DNA of 41,751 nucleotides from Dimargaris cristalligena (Eukaryota): NCBI GenBank assembly GCA_003614675.1, contig ML002324.1, positions 1 to 41,751 of the forward strand, read 5' to 3'. Shown piece by piece: positions 38,123 to 41,751 of this stretch (position 1 is its first letter; each line of letters starts with the position of its first letter). The notes under the pieces were generated by a model. It saw only the letters and a program-made list of their open reading frames with translations, ran no database searches and was not told where the DNA came from. The position numbers and the translations under genes were made by a program.

Positions 38123-39980
38123 TTATTCGGATAGTTGAAGTCGACCATGGGTGTCGGCGATGAAGTTATAGTCCGTTTGCCACTCCCGCTGGGCCAAGGC
38201 CTCGAGAAACAGGGGATACGTGGATTCCACCAAGGCATGGGAATCCGCCATCAGTTTCACCCACGCCTCGGTATCCCCGTGGTAGAGGATGGCCTCTTCC
38301 GCCGAATCCCCCCCAGTGGATGTCGCGGCCGACACATCCAGGATATGCCGAATTAGGGTGGCATGGTACACCCCTTTAAGAATACCGTCGAATTTGGCCC
38401 TGCTGGTATACCACAAACAAATAGACCAAGGTGTCGGGCATGGAGAAGGGCCGTGGCCAGTAGCTTGGCAAGGGTAGATCAGGTAGGGTTCCCGACCGCC
38501 GAAATATTCGTGGGTCAAGCACTTGGATAGATCTAAAGGGCTGTGGTAGGCGGAATGCCCTGTGTTATTGGGCGAGGTGGGGCAGGGGGCGATAAGGCGG
38601 AAGGCAGGCTGGTGCAGTAGTTCGCTAGTACAGTGCCAGGGCGACCGTGGCTGGCGGATAAACTGCTCGCGGGATGAAATGGTTTCCGGTACTAGGATGG
38701 CTTTGCGGAGGGACTCTGGTGGTGGAATATGTAATATGAGAGAACGATCAACAGATTAAGAGAGTTAATATCTACTTAATAGCTGCTATTCGGAGCTGGA
38801 ATGTTGACTCCAGTTAAGCAAGCAGGTACGAGTATGGCAAACGACAGTCATATTTCCAGCATCTACGATTTTCGGATTATAATGAGTGTATGGGAACATA
38901 TCCATAGTTATATATATATATGGTCACTAGACATAGGATGCCATATTACGGTTACATACCCTTATTTAAACCAACCAGCTTGGTTGATCGGTCTCGAGTG
39001 ACATCAAAAGTAGGTACAATATGCTTAAACCAGTGCTCCAGGACTAACTCGGTGCGCTGGAGGTTGAGATTTCGCGAAACCACCTCCAGGTTGGCTCGGT
39101 AGTTGGCGTAGATGGAAATCACAGCAAAGGGCAGGTATATGGCGAACACGGCCAGCATGGTGTGTGGGGAGATGGCACTCAGCACCACGCCGAACCCTGT
39201 GCCGATGAGGCCAGCAGCGGTGCTCTGGGAGCCGCTCTTGGCGGTCACATCCCCCAAGTTATTGTTAATGGTAAATGACTGGTGCATTTGGGCACGGGCA
39301 GCGGACGTCGCCAGCCACGAGATATTCTTGCCGATATTGGAGACGGAGGAGATGACTAGAAACCACTGGGGAAATAGCGGCGTGCACATTTCCAGCAGGG
39401 TGGCTAACTGCAGGGTGATGCCCGACCAGAACTTGTAGTGCTTCGGATCACTGTCGAAGCGGTTACTGATTTTAAACGCGTAGATGACTCCCCCGAGCTG
39501 GCCCAGGCCGTCCTTGATGACCCAGTTGAGGGCGGCGGCCAGTGGGATCGACCCTGAGCCCAACCCGACGGCGAACAACATGGACTGGGTGGACACCACC
39601 CCCGTGATGGAACCGGTGACGCTATGGATAAACTGCCATTTACTGTAGCCCCAGTACTCGGGTGTGACAGAGTGGGGGTAGTTTTCCGGTAAAAAAGCGA
39701 GTAGGGCCCTGCGGCCGGTGCGTTTGATGCGATTATTGAGCGACCACAAGCGGTCGGCGCACGCTTGAAGGGGTCGGCGTAGGGGGGCGGGGGCTTGGTT
39801 AAGTCGGCTGGACTCGTAATGCACAGGCTGGAAGGTGGCGGTGTGGGTGGTCCAAGGGACAGTGGGCACGGGCGGGCGGTCCGGAGAGCGGAGGGCCGTC
39901 GGAGCGGCGGAGTTGCTAATGTAAAGCTGGGAGGCCCGCAGACTCCACCATGGGCTTCCAAGTCGCTGGCGTACCTTCAT
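38123..39980 (-). CDS. RUS1: RUS1/C16orf58 (DUF647, root UVB sensitive) family protein, complement join(38960..39980,38123..38715), 537 aa
   Basis: FLPENYPHSVTPEYWGYSKWQ, AAALNWVIKDGLGQLGG, RFDSDPK, NNLGDVTAKSGSQ and LNLQR motifs. A phase-1 GTATGT...CAG intron joins the two ORFs in frame. Confidence 0.92.
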
Positions 39981-40525
39981 GCCGGATGGGTTTGCGTGGT
40001 GGAATGAACTGGGAGGGGGTCAACGGTTATGCGGAAGAGTTTATTAGGCGGTACTTAGGAAAGAAAGACAGAACGGGAGTGGTGGGAGTAGGGGGCCTTG
40101 GGAACAGCACCTACTTAAAGGATCCCCCCTGAGAATTATAATTGGTGTTTCTGTTATTCTGGAAAGGGATGTTATATTACAACTACCGTAGGCTGGTGTG
40201 ATATTGCCACTGGTCATAGTCGGTTGGCCAGTCACAAACACCTTATTCAGCCCTTATAGGGAGAGAGGTACTTAAAGCCAGAATGGCCCTTGTGCCTGGG
40301 CCGATCACCATTACTCGCTAAGTTATATTAGTCGATGCACGTGATCCACTTACAGATAGCTTTGTAATTCCCCGCTACCGATATTTTTAAATAGCATTTG
40401 GCTTGAACCAATGCAGCGGAGGGACAAGCCTTTCCGAATTCAATGTTTGGACTTGGACTCCATTTTGTACATTTCCTTATTCAACCTAACTCCATAATAA
40501 CATTTATTCGGTACATTTCGTAACC

Positions 40526-41272
40526 ATGTCGTCCTCGTCTACTACAGTCGACGCCATCTACTTGAAACAGAGCTTTGAGGTAGGCTAGCGCATTCCAGTG
40601 GACTTTCGCCGCACCAAGTACCCCCATTCGATAAGCTGCGACTAGCTATGACCAACTTAAGCTGCGCTTCTGGGCCCGTGTCTAACCCCTTTTCTGACCG
40701 TTCCCATCCCGACCCACCCTCCCTCCTTCATACGATATTCCTTCGTGTGAAATAATGGCACCTGTCTTCCGGGGGACGGCTTTGTAGCGCTCACTTGTTT
40801 ATATGGCCGATTTATTTAGTATGGTCAGAAAAGGCGACGGGTAAGATATCCACTACTCGTAACTAAACATATTTTGAATTAAAAAATCGTCCGATAATTA
40901 TTATTTAATGGTATTATCAGACCGTGTACCCCTAATAACGCTGTATGAATTATACTATGGCCATTATTATCGGTTTTATAAACGCTTCCGCGGAATGCTA
41001 GATCACCGGAATCGATAGCAAGGGCACAAAAGTACTACCAGCAAGAATTAAAGTGCTTTGATGGACTTTGTGACCAAACCATGCTAGCACTCAAATTGCG
41101 CAAGGCCCAGCTCCAGCAGTCTATGAAGACTTCGGCTAATTCGGGGCTGGAGAAAAGCAAAACTGAAGGGGCCTCCGCATCGGCTGCTGCTACTCTGGAC
41201 CCGGTGGCTAAAGCCCAAAGCGACCATCAACGGCGCCAATTAGATGATTTACGACAACTTCTGCTTAACTAA
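40526..41272 (+). CDS. Small helical protein, possibly Mediator tail subunit Med29/Med2-like, join(40526..40579,40788..40840,41002..41272), 125 aa
   Basis: ACCATG start; GTAGGC..TAG and GTAAGA..TAG introns in phase (0 and 2). Segment YYQQELKCFDGLCDQTMLALK resembles, from memory, the Med29 F..LCDQ..L.L helix. The gene model is better supported than the identity. Confidence 0.65.
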
Positions 41273-41751
41273 GTTAATTATTTCCAATCTGATATATATC
41301 CTATATGACTGACGGCTGTTTAAACATCGGTCGCGTTAACACTCCGCGGCCCAGGCGACAGGCAAAGTAATGGCAAGCAAAGAGGAGATATTACTATTCT
41401 AATAAATAAAGTCATGGAAAGATACCTACGGCCCAGCAGCGGGAGTGTTATTCAGATAATTCATGGCAACAATGGTGTAGCGTTGAGACTGGTTATGGGA
41501 TACCGAAGTATTATAGCCAACTACACTATGCACTAGACATAGTTATAATTTCCCGTTCCAACTACCACGGATGTCAAAATCCACAAATAAATACATCCTA
41601 CCAACTAAAGGTACATAATCTACTGCATTTATACTACTGGGGTGATTATCAGCAACACCTGGCCCACCTACAGCTATAATATACATTACTGAAAGCCGGA
41701 AGGCTTCACCCTTCCTATTTGGGACACGACATGGGACATTGTCCATGTTAT

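Overview
Eukaryotic genomic DNA with spliceosomal introns and fungal-type genes. The long C/T-rich introns and gene content suggest an early-diverging fungus (inference; not assignable from sequence alone). I reconstructed about 11 protein-coding genes by hand from splice sites and reading-frame phase: (1) an acyl-CoA-binding (ACBP) gene whose first exon splices either to a 9-codon terminal exon (100-aa ACBP) or to a 9.26-kb exon (about 3,178-aa ACBP + ~2,700-aa tandem-repeat array + coiled coil + tail anchor, Atg37/ACBD5-like); (2) a single-RRM protein with a mitochondrial-type presequence; (3) PABPN1/Pab2/Sgn1; (4) a ZCCHC10-like zinc-knuckle SR-rich protein; (5) JJJ1/DNAJC21; (6) a UNC-93-like MFS protein; (7) CSE1; (8) an 84-aa prepropeptide with a KR site releasing a cationic amphipathic 32-mer; (9) NOP4/RBM28, whose first intron appears to be a non-canonical AT-AC intron; (10) RUS1/DUF647; (11) a small 3-exon Med29/Med2-like gene. 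The best leads are the giant repeat-expanded ACBP tail-anchored protein with its short/long splice switch, the candidate membrane-active peptide, and the AT-AC intron. No rRNA, convincing tRNA, CRISPR array or transposon was recognised.
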